DNA of 52,842 bases from IMG/VR virus record IMGVR_UViG_3300027657_000003, positions 1-52,842 of that record; one strand, given 5' to 3'. Within the stretch, counting starts at the first letter, position 1. The number at the start of each line of letters is the position of its first letter. Below, one piece after another: positions 1-8,598 of the stretch. A program made the translations under genes and the position numbers. The notes below the pieces were generated by a model that was given only the letters and a program-made list of their open reading frames with translations, had not been told where the DNA came from and did not search any database. The DNA comes from a virus. Its lineage: Duplodnaviria; Caudoviricetes.

Positions 1-289
1 TGCATGTGCCCCGGGGCGCCAGATACCCGTGATGGAGATGGGACCGGGGGTGCCCATCGCGCGCCCCGGTGGAGCGCCGCCGCTCACCTGCCTGCTGGTC
101 CGGGATCGCGGTGGCTTGTTTGTGCCTGCAAGCTCTGGCGTCACCTACGAGGACTGCGCTGTCGCCACGATCCAAGACCCCGGGCCGTACGGCCATCCAA
201 CCACGGCAAAGAACACGGGCTCCTTGCAAAAACTCACGGTCAGATAAAAAACGCGCTATCGTCGACCAGATCACTGATACAGGGTATTT

Positions 290-871
290 ATGCAACGTTT
301 CATTGTTACCGTATTTCTCTTTGGTTTTGGCTGTCTCGGCACCGCAACGGACAGCACCGATACTCTCGTCGATGCCATGGCTGATAACGGCACCGCCGAT
401 GTGGGTGCCGAATCTGCCACCATGGCCGTAGACGCGGCCAGCGATGCGCCGGAATCGAATTTCGTCGAACAGCGCGTCGACCTTGGACTCCTCGGCTACT
501 CGATCGCCGGGGGCGGGCCATCGATTGAGCAAGCAGACAATGGTTCCTTGTCATTCTACTGGAATGCGTCATGCACGGCCGATGGCTGCCTCGTCGATTA
601 TGCCTTCGACATACCTGCGCATTGCGCGTTGCTCGGAGCCGAAGTAGCAGCCGTAGCGGAGAATGCCGCCGTGCATGTCCAGATCCATGACGGTGACGTC
701 GCTCGTCTGTCAACAGGGATCGGGGGCCAGGAGCTAATGCTGACGTATCCATTTGGATTTCGCGCGTCAGCGAATACCGCAATACGATATGTTTCCGGCC
801 CCTGCGTCGGCCCCGGCGCGTGTGGATTCCAGGTTTTGCGACAGACTCTCCGTTACAGATGTTTGGACTGA
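290..871 (+). CDS. Putative lipoprotein/exported Cys-rich protein (moron)
   Basis: MQR + hydrophobic stretch + FGFGC lipobox-like, D/A/T-rich linker, paired Cys; AT-richer than the core; convergent with the fibre gene. Confidence 0.7.
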   Translation: MQRFIVTVFLFGFGCLGTATDSTDTLVDAMADNGTADVGAESATMAVDAASDAPESNFVEQRVDLGLLGYSIAGGGPSIEQADNGSLSFYWNASCTADGCLVDYAFDIPAHCALLGAEVAAVAENAAVHVQIHDGDVARLSTGIGGQELMLTYPFGFRASANTAIRYVSGPCVGPGACGFQVLRQTLRYRCLD

Positions 872-878
872 CGGCAAC

Positions 879-1559
879 TTAGTATCGGTATTCTCCGGTG
901 TGAAAATATGCTAATTGCACGCGTATATCCTGCACCGCGCTGCCGATCACTATATTCTGACTTTCGGCGCCGGTGTCGCCGTTTATTTCATCGATTGTGA
1001 ACCGCCGATCGATAGGAGGCCCAGCGTCGAATAGCGCGGTCTCCAGAATTCGGTGGAATCGCGGTGACGCATTGCGATTCGGCTTGCAATACACGGACAC
1101 GTCAGCGCTGAGAGATTCATCGACCGTGAATGGCGGAGTGATATACATAACTTCGCCGTTGATCGCACCATTCGTATTGTCGAATGAAATGTCGAACCAG
1201 ACGATGACGGTCTTCCCAAGCCTCTGGTAGATGCCATTCCGCTTCGTGAAGTCGCCAGAATCTATAGCCGTCCCCAAGGCGCCCACCACCTCTGGCGAAA
1301 AGGTCCCCTGCTCCATTTTCTCATTCAGAGCGTCGCTGTCTGTGCTTGGATCTCCACCCAGTGCTGTAATCAGTCCGCTGACCTCGTCGTCAAGCCACGA
1401 TGTCCACTGGTAGGCCAGGTTTTTCCACCAGTTAACAAACTGGTTGGGCGGGCGCTCCCCGTTCTTCCAGCCGACATCCTTTTTCCCCTCGTTCGGTTCG
1501 ACAATCGCGCCGGCCGGGGCCGCATCGGCCCATCTCGGTAATTTTGTAGGTTTCGCCAT
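879..1559 (-). CDS. Tail fibre / receptor-binding protein
   Basis: N-terminal GWKNGERPPNQFVNWW fibre-attachment motif; beta-rich head GTFSPE..GIYQRLGKTVIVW; last gene of the tail operon. Confidence 0.8.
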   Translation of the reverse strand: MAKPTKLPRWADAAPAGAIVEPNEGKKDVGWKNGERPPNQFVNWWKNLAYQWTSWLDDEVSGLITALGGDPSTDSDALNEKMEQGTFSPEVVGALGTAIDSGDFTKRNGIYQRLGKTVIVWFDISFDNTNGAINGEVMYITPPFTVDESLSADVSVYCKPNRNASPRFHRILETALFDAGPPIDRRFTIDEINGDTGAESQNIVIGSAVQDIRVQLAYFHTGEYRY

Positions 1560-2590
1560 TATATTTCTGCTCTCGCAAATTCACCGCCCGTGCCCGGGAT
1601 GCTGCCGTCAAATTGGACGACGGCACCGCCGCTGTGCGCGTTGACGGTGTTGGTTGTGGTGAAGAAGTTGGTCGCGTCGATGCTGCTGTATTCGAGCAGC
1701 TCTTCATCGGCCGTGCCCGCATCGATGTAGATGCTGCCGGTCGCCGGGAACCCGGCCGTGCTCGTGACCGGGATGGTCGAGACGCCCGCGAGGATGCCGC
1801 CGGATAGGTCGGTATTCGCGCAGTAGCCGAAGCCCTGGCCCGGGCCGGTGGCGAGCTGCACGGGGGCGTTGTCGTCGTGGTTGTCGGCCGTGGTGCCGCT
1901 CAAGACGAACGAGGTTGACGTGCTCGCCGTATAGGTCACCGTCTCTTCCACCGCGAGCCCCGCGTCGATGACGAGTTGTCCGGTGGCCGGGAATCCCGCC
2001 GTGCTGTCCACGGTGATGGTCCCGGCTCCGGAGCTGATGGCCCCGTTCGCCAGGGTGGTGAGCCCGAACGAGAAGGTATCATCATCGTCGGCCGGGCTCG
2101 ACTCCACTAAGATGCGCACGCCCGCGGACACGCCCAGGCGCTCGAACCGGATCAGCACCTCGGCCACATCGTCGTCCACGGCCAGCCCGAGCACGCGCAG
2201 GGCCACGGCAGCCGGGAGCTGGAACTCAATCTCGATGGTCGTGGCCTCTTTGTCCTGGGTGCCGAGCACCAGCCGGGCAATCGCAATCAGGTCCTCAACC
2301 TGGCCATCGCTTCGATTCGTCCGAATCTTGGCCCGCAGGTGCCGCCGGTAGATGGCATCTGTCCGCCCGTCCCGGGGCTCCACCACGATGGTCCCGATGG
2401 CGTCGAGCTGCACGCCCACGGCCGTGTCGATGGCCCGCTCGACCAGCACCTGGAACAGCGCCTCCTCAAGCCCCTGCCACTGCGCGGCCATGTCGGAGAC
2501 GAGGCCCTCGATGTTCGGCTTGCCCCGGTCCTGCTGAACCAGGCGCGCGACTGCCTGGCCCGCGTGGTCGGTGATTTTGGTGATGCTCAT
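1559..2590 (-). CDS. Baseplate wedge subunit (DUF2612-like) with two C-terminal repeat modules
   Basis: IDTAVGVQLDAIGTIV..DAIYRRHLRAKI motif; two STAGFPATG repeats. Confidence 0.85.
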   Translation of the reverse strand: MSITKITDHAGQAVARLVQQDRGKPNIEGLVSDMAAQWQGLEEALFQVLVERAIDTAVGVQLDAIGTIVVEPRDGRTDAIYRRHLRAKIRTNRSDGQVEDLIAIARLVLGTQDKEATTIEIEFQLPAAVALRVLGLAVDDDVAEVLIRFERLGVSAGVRILVESSPADDDDTFSFGLTTLANGAISSGAGTITVDSTAGFPATGQLVIDAGLAVEETVTYTASTSTSFVLSGTTADNHDDNAPVQLATGPGQGFGYCANTDLSGGILAGVSTIPVTSTAGFPATGSIYIDAGTADEELLEYSSIDATNFFTTTNTVNAHSGGAVVQFDGSIPGTGGEFARAEI

Positions 2591-2617
2591 CGTCTGCCCC
2601 TGTACGCGGCAAGGATG

Positions 2618-2646
2618 TTGCCACCGGCCGCCGATGCCGGCACTAT
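2618..2646 (+). promoter_or_regulatory. Sigma70-like promoter, leaderless
   Basis: TTGCCA-17 bp-CACTAT-6 bp-ATG(2653); no SD. Confidence 0.55.
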
Positions 2647-2652
2647 GGGCGC

Positions 2653-3003
2653 ATGAAACGCGCCATCGCCGCCCTCGTCATTGCCCTTGCTCTCTTTGCC
2701 GTTCCCGCCGCAGACGCCGAGACATCCACCTATTGGCAGGTATGGACCGGCGATTCCTGGGCACCGTTCGGCTCGCCCACGGCAGATGTCACCGAGGCCA
2801 ACATCGGCCCCAAAGGCGAGCGCATCTGCAAGGGCGAACTCCGCCGTTATGTTATCCGCACCAGCAAGAAGCGTGGCGGGCAGTGCGTGATCACGACAGA
2901 CTATCGATATTATTGCAAAAAGCAGGGCGACAAGACCGTGATTCTTGATGCCGAGACCGCCCCCGAATGCGGGCCCGCCGTGCCGCGCTCCTGCACCGGC
3001 TGA
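2653..3003 (+). CDS. Small secreted Cys-containing protein (antisense moron)
   Basis: Signal peptide MKRAIAALVIALALFAVPAADA; 5 Cys in the mature part. Confidence 0.75.
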   Translation: MKRAIAALVIALALFAVPAADAETSTYWQVWTGDSWAPFGSPTADVTEANIGPKGERICKGELRRYVIRTSKKRGGQCVITTDYRYYCKKQGDKTVILDAETAPECGPAVPRSCTG

Positions 3004-3014
3004 GTTCGCGGCCA

Positions 3015-3434
3015 TCATGCCGACCCCGGGCGCACGAAGCGCAGCGACGCACCCAGGACGGCGCCGCGGAAATCATGGGCCATCGCGTCCATCTTCTGAT
3101 CGACGAGCGCCATCTGTCTGCCAATCTCCCGTAGCGCCGCCAGCGTGTCCGGGTGCTGGTCCGGCGGGTGCACAAAGCGCGCCTGGGCAAGCTCGCGCCG
3201 CAACTCCTGCATGCCCGCGTGTACCCGCTCGACGCCCATCTGCACGTGGCGAACGTCGTCAAGGGCCGCCTGCACGCCCTTGAGCGCATCGGCGAGTCGC
3301 TCGTCCTGAACTTGCAGCCGGTTCGCGAGTTCGCCGTGCATGCGGCCCAGCCGGCGGTGGAGCCAGAGCGACATCAGGGCACCAAACACAAGCAGGATTA
3401 GCCCCAGGTGGGTGAAGGTGACGAGCTCATTCAT
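3015..3434 (-). CDS. N-terminal TM plus coiled-coil protein (possible lysis accessory)
   Basis: LGLILLVFGALMSLWL helix then heptads; ATGA-coupled to baseplate J. Confidence 0.7.
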   Translation of the reverse strand: MNELVTFTHLGLILLVFGALMSLWLHRRLGRMHGELANRLQVQDERLADALKGVQAALDDVRHVQMGVERVHAGMQELRRELAQARFVHPPDQHPDTLAALREIGRQMALVDQKMDAMAHDFRGAVLGASLRFVRPGSA

Positions 3435-4777
3435 GGCGTGCCGTCCGAGCTGGTGACGGTGATGCGGCTGGTGTCGTACACGGCAAGCTGCCGCGTGGTG
3501 ATGGTAATCGTGGTGCTCGCGCCCGGCGCCGGTGCATCGTCAATCAGCACCTCGGAGACATCGAGCACGCCGGTCACCTTGAAGGCCTGCGCGCTGATGG
3601 CGCTGGCCACCACATCCCGGCCCGGCGACTGCGCATCGCCATAGGCCACGATGGCCGCCTTGACCATGTCGTCTCCGTCAATTGGATAGGTGTCCGGGTC
3701 CTTCTCCAGCGTGATATCCACGTAGATCTCGATCTCCTCGGGCCGCGAGAACGCAACGGTGTAATCCGTGCCCTCGCTGTCCTCGGCCGTGCCGCTCTCG
3801 GTGCCAAAGGTCCCGATGCCCGCGGAGACATTGGCCAGCAGCGCATCCCAGATATCCTGGTCGGCGCCGCCCTGCACCAGCGCCTCGACCGAATGCGGCG
3901 GCACACCGTCCGAGTCGGTGACCGATGTGTTGTTCACGAAGAGCTTGACGGCGAACACGCCATCAACCCGGAGCAGCGCCGCGAGCAGCGCCGGCGCCGG
4001 TGATGTACCCGCGCCAGCAAGCTCCTGCTCACGCCGCACCCGCAGGTCCTCGTCTGTCTCGACCAGCGAGCCCACCTCGGCATCGAGCAGGTTGATCACG
4101 CTGTCCCAGCCGCTGACCGGGGTCTCGATGACCGTGATGGTCCCGGATAGCGCCACGGTCGGCCCGGTCTCGGCCGCCTGGGCCACCGCATCGGCCGCGC
4201 CCATGCCCTCGCCCATGAAGCGCCAGGTCGCCGTGCCATCGACAATGGCCTCGCCGGTCGTGGTCGGCCCGCCGCTGCCCGCGCTGGTGCCGGCCACCGT
4301 GCTGATGTACGCCTTCCCGGCATTGGTGACGCGATCGTCGATGACATAGGCTGTGGTCGGCGCCCAGGCGTCAAGCTCCTCGATGGTCGCATCGGCCGTG
4401 GTCACGAACTCGTCGCCGGCCTCCTCGACGCTGGCGCGCGAGCCCTCGGTGACCACGGTGAGCGGCGTGCCTGTCAGCGTCAGCACCACTGCCGAGGCGA
4501 TGGCCGGCTCCCGCACCGTGCCCGTCAGCGCGCACAGGGCGTCGAGCAGCGTCTGGGTCGCTGCGTCCGGGTCATCGCTCGACACCACGGCTTCGAGCAG
4601 CTCCCAGAGCAGGGCCTCGCGCTCGCTCTGGATGTTGACGATCTCACCGAAGAGCGAATCATCGCTGAGCTTCAGGCTCGGCCCGAAGCGCGCCCGGAGG
4701 CGAGACACAATCTCGCCCTGGATGACCTCGAAGGTCTTTGGCACCAGACCATCGGCCGTGACCCCGTAGGTCGTCAT
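3431..4777 (-). CDS. Baseplate J-like wedge protein with inserted CBM5/12-like module
   Basis: MTTYGVTADGL, ETDEDLRVRR, GVPPHSVEALVQGG motifs; start 4777 by ATGA overlap. Confidence 0.92.
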   Translation of the reverse strand: MTTYGVTADGLVPKTFEVIQGEIVSRLRARFGPSLKLSDDSLFGEIVNIQSEREALLWELLEAVVSSDDPDAATQTLLDALCALTGTVREPAIASAVVLTLTGTPLTVVTEGSRASVEEAGDEFVTTADATIEELDAWAPTTAYVIDDRVTNAGKAYISTVAGTSAGSGGPTTTGEAIVDGTATWRFMGEGMGAADAVAQAAETGPTVALSGTITVIETPVSGWDSVINLLDAEVGSLVETDEDLRVRREQELAGAGTSPAPALLAALLRVDGVFAVKLFVNNTSVTDSDGVPPHSVEALVQGGADQDIWDALLANVSAGIGTFGTESGTAEDSEGTDYTVAFSRPEEIEIYVDITLEKDPDTYPIDGDDMVKAAIVAYGDAQSPGRDVVASAISAQAFKVTGVLDVSEVLIDDAPAPGASTTITITTRQLAVYDTSRITVTSSDGTP

Positions 4778-5169
4778 ATCGTCTCGCTCCCCTGGGTGAT
4801 GCCAAACGCCGTCTGCACCTCCCAATCGATCTGCACGCGCCGCGCGGCGTTGTCGTAGGTCACGTCCAGGCTCAGGATTTCGTGCACGTTATCCGCTCGC
4901 AGGATGGCCGCGCGGATCGCCGTCCGGGTCTTCACCTGGTCGAATTTTTGCCCGAGCAGCGCCGCGGCCGCGGTCACCCCGGGGCGTTCCAGCCACGGCA
5001 CACCGAGGGTGACGTCCGTGAAGACCTCGCCGCGCACCAGCAGGATGTTCCGGCGGATATCCTGGGCCACGGCCTCGACGCCAGTCACAAATACCAGGTC
5101 GCCGCCCTCGATGACAAGGTCGCCATCCGCGTCGAGCTTCAAATCTATGGGGTCGGTGAGGAGCGCCAT
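4774..5169 (-). CDS. Baseplate wedge / sheath initiator (gp25/DUF2634-like)
   Basis: DLKLDADGDL..AVAQDIRRNILLVRGEVF..GVPW; directly upstream of J. Confidence 0.85.
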   Translation of the reverse strand: MALLTDPIDLKLDADGDLVIEGGDLVFVTGVEAVAQDIRRNILLVRGEVFTDVTLGVPWLERPGVTAAAALLGQKFDQVKTRTAIRAAILRADNVHEILSLDVTYDNAARRVQIDWEVQTAFGITQGSETI

Positions 5170-5399
5170 CAGCCTTGGTCTTCGTCAGCTTCCCCCGCGT
5201 CGCTGTCCATATCCAGCGCACCCAGCTCTTCGCGGGCCAGCCGCAGCATTTCGATTTTTGCCAAGGCGCATTCGATACGCGCCTCCAGGACCGCGATCTC
5301 CGCGCTCATCGCGCGAATCGCCGCCGACAGGCAATCAATCGAGCGGCGCGCTCCATCCACGTTTACTTCGACCGTCGTTGTTACAGGTATGTTCGGCAT
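5169..5399 (-). CDS. Small coiled-coil hypothetical protein
   Basis: SD AAGGGA; stop overlaps next start. Confidence 0.6.
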   Translation of the reverse strand: MPNIPVTTTVEVNVDGARRSIDCLSAAIRAMSAEIAVLEARIECALAKIEMLRLAREELGALDMDSDAGEADEDQG

Positions 5400-5409
5400 G
5401 ACTATCCCT

Positions 5410-6192
5410 TCATGAAACCCGATAGACGCAGCCTATCGAGCAGAAAAACAGGTGGTTGCTGAACGTCCAGGATGTGAGCCCCTGCTGGGCGCCGCTGTCG
5501 TTCAAGCCGATATTGGTGCTGGTCCCGGGCCGCAGTCGGCCATAGAGCGCCCCGCCGATCAGGCTGCCCTGGCTCACAAATGTCGGCCAGAATGCCAGGG
5601 TCGTGAGCATGTCGCCGGCCTCGGGCAGTCCCGAGAATTGGATACTGCCGCCGCTGATGCTGATGTTCCCCGATGTCTGGATATAGATCGCGGCGATGAT
5701 GAGGTCGGCCAGCTTGACGTAATATCCCTGCCGGTTGGTGTATCCGCCGCCGTGGGCCACGCCGCTGAGCAGCAGAGTCGGCGTGAAGGTCGCGGCCGCG
5801 CTCACGTCCGGTTCGTCGTACTTGTTGAGGTACCGGGCCAGCCCGCCCATCATGCGCCGGTGCACGAGCGGATAGGAATACGGCAGGTTCGCGACCGCAG
5901 CGCCGCTGTCGTGCGCATTGGCTGTATTGGTCGCCGTGTAGAAATTGGTGGCGTCAAGGCTCGTGTACTCGAGCTGTTCTTCGTCCGCGGTGCCGGAATC
6001 TATCGAGATAATCCCGGTGGCCGGGAACCCGGCTGTGCTGGCCACGGGTATTGTGGACACCCCCGAGGCCATCCCAGCCGATAAGGTCGTGCTCACGGTC
6101 GCCGGCGCGGTGAACGATTCGCTGTCAACGGTGCCGCCTGCCAGGGCGGTCACGATGTAGTCGGCCAGCAGCGTTTCGTCGATGTGGCTCAT
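5410..6192 (-). CDS. Spike-adjacent baseplate protein with repeat module and RBP-like head
   Basis: ATGA-coupled to the spike gene; STAGFPATG module; ATFTPTL..GYYVKLADLII head. Confidence 0.75.
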   Translation of the reverse strand: MSHIDETLLADYIVTALAGGTVDSESFTAPATVSTTLSAGMASGVSTIPVASTAGFPATGIISIDSGTADEEQLEYTSLDATNFYTATNTANAHDSGAAVANLPYSYPLVHRRMMGGLARYLNKYDEPDVSAAATFTPTLLLSGVAHGGGYTNRQGYYVKLADLIIAAIYIQTSGNISISGGSIQFSGLPEAGDMLTTLAFWPTFVSQGSLIGGALYGRLRPGTSTNIGLNDSGAQQGLTSWTFSNHLFFCSIGCVYRVS

Positions 6193-6842
6193 TTTTTGGC
6201 AAACACCTTGCCGCTCGCATTGCCGAGGAGGGCGTGCTTCTGCCCGGTGAACGGATCGATCGCCTGCCCGGTGAGCACGCCCTCGTTGAGCGGCCCGGGC
6301 GCCGTGACCGGGTCCTCACCCAGCCGCACGGTTCCCGCCCGCGCCTCGATGTCGTCGGTGGCAATATTGATGACCGCCCCCTCGTCGGCGCCGATGCTCA
6401 ACTTGTCCGTGGGCGCGCTGGCCAGTGGGTCCGAGAACGGCCGCAGACCCGGGATAGCGATGGCGTCGTTGAGGTCGTGGCGCCGGTCATCTCCGGGATC
6501 GATGACGCTGCCGCGCACCAGCCAGCGGTCAAGGCTCGTCTCCGCGAACACGATCAACACCACGTCGCCGCGGGCCACGGGAAAGGTCACGCGAAAGCCG
6601 CCCGCCCCCGGGAACACCACGGGCACGTCATTGATGACCGGTATCTCTTCGGTCTGCCTGTCGCCGGCCTCGTCGAGATATCCGCGCTTGATGAGCGGCT
6701 TGACGCTCACGCGCTGCTGCTCGGCATCGTAGGACTCGACCCGGGCCGGCATAGCCGTGTGCACATCGAGCAGCCGGGCGTTCACGGCCCCCCGAAGAGC
6801 TGCCGGGAACGAAGGCGTGTTGCTGCGCGGCCTGTCGCTCAC
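6189..6842 (-). CDS. Baseplate central spike (Gp138/gpV-like)
   Basis: HTAMPARVESYD..VPVVFPGAGGFRVTFPVARGD..RRHDLNDAIAIPG; GTG start 6842. Confidence 0.9.
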   Translation of the reverse strand: MSDRPRSNTPSFPAALRGAVNARLLDVHTAMPARVESYDAEQQRVSVKPLIKRGYLDEAGDRQTEEIPVINDVPVVFPGAGGFRVTFPVARGDVVLIVFAETSLDRWLVRGSVIDPGDDRRHDLNDAIAIPGLRPFSDPLASAPTDKLSIGADEGAVINIATDDIEARAGTVRLGEDPVTAPGPLNEGVLTGQAIDPFTGQKHALLGNASGKVFAKK

Positions 6843-7696
6843 CGGGGCACCGCCTCGCCGGCGCTGAACCACGCCTGGCCATGGGTGTCGCCGCTGTGCG
6901 TCCCCCGCGTGAGCTTGAAATCGCCGGTGACGGCCCGGGACTGCATGCGAATGAGGCCGCCCGGGGTCAGGTCGGGGTTGAGCAACATCTGGAACGACAG
7001 AACCGGCGGCTTGCCCGGCTCGCTTGGCGCGCCAAACTCCACCGGGCCAATGAGCCCCGTGCTCTGCGACACCACGATGGCGGTCCCGGGGCGCACGTCG
7101 CCTTTGCGCAGGATCTGCAGAGCCCCGTCCTGGATGCTGGACTCCATGCCGTGCGGCGCCAAAAGGCGGTCCATCTCGCGCTGCGATGGGCCTTGCAACG
7201 TAAAGCCGGCCGCGAACTGAGCCGTGAGCTCCTTGGCTTCCTTCGCGCTCGTCGGCAGCTTGAGCCCCATGCTCTTCGCCGTCTCTTCCAGCACCGTCTT
7301 GGTATCGATGCCGCTTCGAAACGAGCGGCTCACCCGGGCATGACGGTAGGCCCGCTCGCCGTCGCCGACCTCCATGATGCTTTCCCACTCAACGCCCGTG
7401 TACCGGTGCTCAACATGGCGCAGGTCGCCGGTGAACAGCCGGGCGAGCTCGCCGTCATATCCGGCGTCCAGGCGAATATGGAGCGGCTTGCGCTGCAGCT
7501 CCGCGCGCGTGGCCTCGGCCAGGTTAGTGATCGTCACCCGGCAGGTATTTGGCTCCGCCTCAAGCGTCTTCTCGACCTCGAATTGTACGCGCAGGCCGCG
7601 TACAATGATGGCGTTTGGCTGCTGGGCAAAGAACTGCCCGGCGACCGGCCGCGCGATGGTGACCGCGACCTCGCGTTTGTAGAGGCGGTCGCCCAT
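6839..7696 (-). CDS. Baseplate hub protein
   Basis: LRVQFEVEKT..PNTCRVTITNL..LDAGY..DGERAY; position before the spike. Confidence 0.85.
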   Translation of the reverse strand: MGDRLYKREVAVTIARPVAGQFFAQQPNAIIVRGLRVQFEVEKTLEAEPNTCRVTITNLAEATRAELQRKPLHIRLDAGYDGELARLFTGDLRHVEHRYTGVEWESIMEVGDGERAYRHARVSRSFRSGIDTKTVLEETAKSMGLKLPTSAKEAKELTAQFAAGFTLQGPSQREMDRLLAPHGMESSIQDGALQILRKGDVRPGTAIVVSQSTGLIGPVEFGAPSEPGKPPVLSFQMLLNPDLTPGGLIRMQSRAVTGDFKLTRGTHSGDTHGQAWFSAGEAVPR

Positions 7697-7699
7697 CGC

Positions 7700-8023
7700 T
7701 CACAGCTCTCCGTCAGCGAAGTAGAACACCTGCACGCGGTCGCCGATGTCATCAAAGCCCGCGTCCCGCCCCTCGTTCGTCAGGTCGCTCGCGATGAGCT
7801 GCCCGGTCGGGAACTCCGGATTGGTCGATCGCCAGCCAAGCAGCACGCCCAGCACAATTTTGATCCCGCTCTTGATGGGCACCTCATCCTCGTCGAGCAA
7901 GTCGAAGTACCATGCCTCGTCGCGGCCGTTCCAGCGCACGTCCAGGATGTACTGCACCCCGTCCAGGTTCGTGCTCACCCTGTAGCTGGGCACCGATGGC
8001 GCGAATGGCAGCTGCTGGGGCAT
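7700..8023 (-). CDS. Baseplate plug-type protein
   Basis: LDGVQYILDVRWNGRDEAWYFDL motif; synteny. Confidence 0.8.
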   Translation of the reverse strand: MPQQLPFAPSVPSYRVSTNLDGVQYILDVRWNGRDEAWYFDLLDEDEVPIKSGIKIVLGVLLGWRSTNPEFPTGQLIASDLTNEGRDAGFDDIGDRVQVFYFADGEL

Positions 8024-8598
8024 CAGAGTTCCAATCCAAAGAAACCGGTCGGGCGCCGTCCATTGCGCAGGTCGCTGAGGATGCTTCCGCGCTGGCGTGT
8101 CGGTTCCGGCACGGTTGCCGCCTCAATCGTCGGTGCCGGCTTGTTCCCGCGATTGTCTTTTTTGGCCACTCTGGGCACGGATACCTCAACCACGGTCCGC
8201 TCATTGCGCACCAACTCGACCTGCACGAATGTCGCGCGGAACCGCAAAGACTGCCCGGTGCTGGCATCCTGCGGCACCTGCAGGCTCGTGAGGACCATGT
8301 TATCAAAGGTGCGCAGGTTGGTCTGAATCGTGACCGGCTCCCGCGCATCGCGGATTTCGAGCAGCAGCGTGAAGGCATCTGCCGATGGAACATCCCCGAG
8401 CACCCGTTGGTCCGCCACAGCGCCGATCGGCGAATCGCTGACCACTCCCGAGATGGACACGGTGACCGGCCGGGCGCGCACGTGGTCGGTGATATCCGCG
8501 CCGTCCTCGACCGGGTGGGAGGTGACCTCGCTCTCGAAGGCATGGTCCTCCGAGGGTGCCGCGTCGAGTCGATATCCGTCGATGATCACCATGGTCAT
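8023..8598 (-). CDS. Dit-like tail/baseplate protein
   Basis: SEVTSHPVEDGADITDH motif; follows the tape measure. Confidence 0.85.
   Translation of the reverse strand: MTMVIIDGYRLDAAPSEDHAFESEVTSHPVEDGADITDHVRARPVTVSISGVVSDSPIGAVADQRVLGDVPSADAFTLLLEIRDAREPVTIQTNLRTFDNMVLTSLQVPQDASTGQSLRFRATFVQVELVRNERTVVEVSVPRVAKKDNRGNKPAPTIEAATVPEPTRQRGSILSDLRNGRRPTGFFGLEL

Noticed and set aside
1-247. Open frame at the left edge as the integrase C-terminus, implying circularity
   Set aside because: No recombinase motifs and no terminal overlap with the right end
879-6192. Repeated baseplate modules as DGR template/variable repeats or a shufflon
   Set aside because: No reverse transcriptase or adjacent invertase; differences are not adenine-specific and all copies are in coding frame
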